Source: Gammaproteobacteria bacterium
GTDB lineage: Bacteria; Pseudomonadota; Gammaproteobacteria; Eutrophobiales; Eutrophobiaceae
Length of the DNA: 64,000 nt
Assembly (NCBI GenBank): GCA_021773235.1
Contig: JAJFKL010000021.1
Location: forward strand, 132,651-196,650
Direction of reading: 5' to 3'
Both the position numbers and the translations under genes were made by a program. Below, one piece after another: positions 61,658 to 64,000 of the stretch; positions within the stretch are counted from its first letter, which is position 1; every line of letters begins with the position of its first letter. The notes below the pieces were generated by a model, which worked only from the letters and a program-made list of their open reading frames with translations, was not told the origin of the DNA and did not search any database.

Positions 61658-61822
61658 TAGACGAACTCTGCCACATCGTAAGGTAGGCGGCAATCTCTTA
61701 CCGTTCACCACTTCTTCTTCACCAGTGTATTGCCATGAGAACAAGGCTATCAGCGATGCTGTCGGAGAAAGTCAGATTGGTATATCGATTGCATTTAGTA
61801 CTGAAACTAATGGGAGTCTGAT

Positions 61823-62443
61823 TTGCCAATTCAAAGTTTGACCAGTGCGGAAATAATTAAATTTCATAATGCCAGCAATACTGCATCTTCACAGGAAACC
61901 AGTAGTATCTTTGGTGAAGATGGATTTACCTTTGGCGATATAATCGACGTCATTAATCCGCTGCAACATATCCCTGTGGTCAGTTCAATTTACCGCAAGA
62001 TTACCGGCGATATCATTGCCCCATCTATGCAAATTGCCGGCGATGCCTTATTTGGTGGCCCCATAGGGGCTGCTATTTCGATAGCGAAAGAGGCCATTAA
62101 GTCTCAATTTAGTCCGGATAGTACCGAGCAAAATGAGACAGTCATTGACCCTGCGACTATTGCCAACAATACGGCACAACAATCACTCCAGATAATCAAT
62201 GCTAATGATTATTCGCCCGCCAGTAGACTCAGTATCAATCCGGCAATTAATATTGTTGAGCAGCGTTCAGATAACAACTTATTTAAACAACACACAGGTT
62301 CCATCGGCGAAGCCCTTTATAGGGACTCATTAAGAAGCAATGGTATTAAAGGAACTGAAAAGTATGCTGAAGTCATTTCATCAACAAAATCGCCTGAAAA
62401 TAATATCGACATCATCATTGGTTCAAAGGTTGGCGCAGGTTAA
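61823..62443 (+). CDS. hypothetical protein (206 aa)
   Basis: TTG-start ORF; no recognised domain. Confidence 0.4.
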   Translation: MPIQSLTSAEIIKFHNASNTASSQETSSIFGEDGFTFGDIIDVINPLQHIPVVSSIYRKITGDIIAPSMQIAGDALFGGPIGAAISIAKEAIKSQFSPDSTEQNETVIDPATIANNTAQQSLQIINANDYSPASRLSINPAINIVEQRSDNNLFKQHTGSIGEALYRDSLRSNGIKGTEKYAEVISSTKSPENNIDIIIGSKVGAG

Positions 62444-62495
62444 TTTGAAGTTGAAACGAGGAAACTTTCAAAAATGATAATGTAGAGCACGTTCT

Positions 62496-63488
62496 TTATG
62501 GGATGACAGCACGCCCAATCGTATTCATATCAGTACCAAACCATATTGATTTACTTGAATAGTGGTAATACATGTGTCGAATACTGCCTCCACCGCTGGG
62601 GATATCAGTTTGACTAAAAAAGTGTTTGCTCCCGGTATCAAAACCAATCATGCGATTAGGAGACAGACCCGTTTCAACAAACCATATTCGATCTTGTTCA
62701 TCTACTATCATGCCGTAAGGCCGTGATTGTTTGTTACCAGGCATCAGCCATTCTTTAATCTCAGTCGTTATTGGATTGTACTGTCCAAGATACCCTCCCT
62801 GATAATCGACATACCAAACCGTATCATCTGACGTCACCACCAAGCGTCTGGGTAAAGCTTTCTTACGCGGCAATTCAATTTCGTTTATCGCGAACGTTTC
62901 TGGATCGACCATCGCTAATTTATTAGTCCAAAATAATGCAACCCATACGCGGTCATTACTATCCAACCAAATACCATAGGGACCCGAGCTTGCTGTGGGT
63001 ACTCTAACAAGCTTTATTTCACCCGTTTTTACAGATAATTTTCCAACATGATTACCTTTCTGTGCGGTAAACCAGATATCACCTTTACTATCAAAGACCA
63101 ATGTATGCGGATCACGCACATCATCTTTTGGCATAGGATATTTTTTAATCTTACCGGTAGCAGGATCTAGACGGCCAATATAGCCATGCGTATTACCTGC
63201 ATACCAGACAATGCCTTGTTCATCGATAATTAAATTGTGTGGCCGAACATCATCGTCCATATTATATTTTTTAAAGTCGCCTGTGGATGGATCAAGCACG
63301 GCGATATAAGCATCAATCTGCCCACAAAACCAAATTTTTCCATCGGGGGCTACATAAGGATCACGCGGACGAGAATCTTCATAAGGGACTTGCCATTCCT
63401 TTATATCTAGCGTCACCATTTCAGCGAATGCCAGATCCGTAAACAATAGAAATAGAATAAATAAATGATATATTTTCATATTGAACAA
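62496..63488 (-). CDS. beta-propeller repeat protein, Vgb (streptogramin lyase)-like family
   Basis: Signal peptide. About 7 repeats of the type P.gI..d..G.iWf (PHNLIIDEQGIVWY, PHTLVFDSKGDIWF, PYGIWLDSNDRVWV, PYGMIVDEQDRIWF). Confidence 0.7.
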   Translation of the reverse strand: MFNMKIYHLFILFLLFTDLAFAEMVTLDIKEWQVPYEDSRPRDPYVAPDGKIWFCGQIDAYIAVLDPSTGDFKKYNMDDDVRPHNLIIDEQGIVWYAGNTHGYIGRLDPATGKIKKYPMPKDDVRDPHTLVFDSKGDIWFTAQKGNHVGKLSVKTGEIKLVRVPTASSGPYGIWLDSNDRVWVALFWTNKLAMVDPETFAINEIELPRKKALPRRLVVTSDDTVWYVDYQGGYLGQYNPITTEIKEWLMPGNKQSRPYGMIVDEQDRIWFVETGLSPNRMIGFDTGSKHFFSQTDIPSGGGSIRHMYYHYSSKSIWFGTDMNTIGRAVIP

Positions 63489-63568
63489 TCCATATGCTTA
63501 CTTATGTTACATAAAATAGGGGATCGACCCATTACAATCGCAACAGGTCGTCCCAATATCTATTAAGA

Positions 63569-63805
63569 TTAGCTCAAATCACTTAAAGAGGCACCAAAGT
63601 TAATATGAAATGCTTGTTTATCGATAAGCAATGCCGGTACTGATTTTATTCCATTGTCTTTGGCTTCTGATAGTCGACTACTATTGTCACCCAAATGAAC
63701 GACTTCCAAATCAAATTGATTACTATCTAGTGAATGAGCTAGCCCTTGTTCAGCATCTACACAAACAGGACAACCCGCATGATAAAATATTGCTTTTGTT
63801 TTCAT
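63569..63805 (-). CDS. small thioredoxin-fold protein (CPVC motif)
   Basis: 78 aa with an N-terminal CxxC (HAGCPVCV) and a cis-Pro region (KSVPALLI). Confidence 0.6.
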   Translation of the reverse strand: MKTKAIFYHAGCPVCVDAEQGLAHSLDSNQFDLEVVHLGDNSSRLSEAKDNGIKSVPALLIDKQAFHINFGASLSDLS

Positions 63806-63913
63806 TCAAAAACTCCTTAATAGTTGTTAAAAAGAGTAAGCTATTATTCACAGCAGAATTACCTTTAACAGTAGACACTTAGTGGTTAGATACTTACTAA
63901 ATGGTACAAATAT

Positions 63914-64000
63914 ATGGGATCATTAAATAAAATTAATTCTACAAAAAGTGAGAATAAGAATGTTGGCCGGATGGTTGAATCAATTATTGGTTGCAAATGG
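63914..64000 (+). CDS. 5' end of an HxlR-like transcriptional regulator (truncated by the window edge)
   Basis: ATG at 63914 opens 29 codons to the window end. ...VESIIGCKW resembles the HxlR N-terminal ..IGgKW motif. Divergent from the thioredoxin-like gene. Confidence 0.35.
   Translation, partial: MGSLNKINSTKSENKNVGRMVESIIGCKW

Noticed and set aside
61658-61744. 29-codon N-terminal extension of the SprT ORF
   Set aside because: The extension has no counterpart in SprT proteins as I recall them. Met at 61657 gives a ~174-aa protein colinear with E. coli SprT.
1-64000. CRISPR arrays, rRNA genes, IS elements or transposases
   Set aside because: I saw no regularly spaced short direct repeats, no rRNA-like sequence, and no transposase-like ORF or terminal inverted repeats. 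The only recombinase is the island integrase.

Overview
This is a 64-kb stretch of an AT-rich, Gammaproteobacteria-like chromosome. The taxonomic guess rests on gene content only: rpsI, uup, slyD, rnd, sprT, an rnfC-like gene, an MCP and two-component systems. Positions 619-21219 are a ~20.5-kb integrative island inserted into the 3' end of tRNA-Gln(CUG), bounded by exact 47-bp direct repeats. The island has a tightly packed minus-strand backbone: P4-type integrase, orf164, AlpA, a wHTH protein next to iteron-like palindromes, small terminase, orf127, and a 1908-aa polyvalent protein with RadC/JAB and zincin motifs. I recognise no capsid, portal, large-terminase, tail or lysis genes, so it looks like a phage satellite (PICI-like) rather than a prophage. 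Between the backbone and the tRNA lies a compositionally mosaic cargo region (about 848-10971). It holds a HigB / HigA-ImmA module, a TIR protein with a C-terminal membrane anchor plus a TM partner, and an HslV/proteasome-like protein (Met-Thr start) paired with an HEPN-motif protein and bracketed by imperfect direct repeats. It also holds two further HEPN-motif ORFs (one fused to a DUF1311-like domain) and a membrane protein that appears split by a frameshift. Three cargo transcription units share promoter/leader sequence modules. The most promising candidate for an undescribed system is the Thr-protease-like + HEPN-like pair, followed by the anchored-TIR pair. All domain calls are from reading motifs by eye and need profile or structure searches. 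The remaining 43 kb (21.3-64 kb) is ordinary chromosomal content: chemotaxis receptor, Ser/Thr kinase, two-component system, PilZ proteins and assorted hydrolases. It contains a few curiosities: two orphan Rap1a-like immunity genes, a solitary rnfC-like gene, a gene-fragment remnant, and an rnd start-codon problem.
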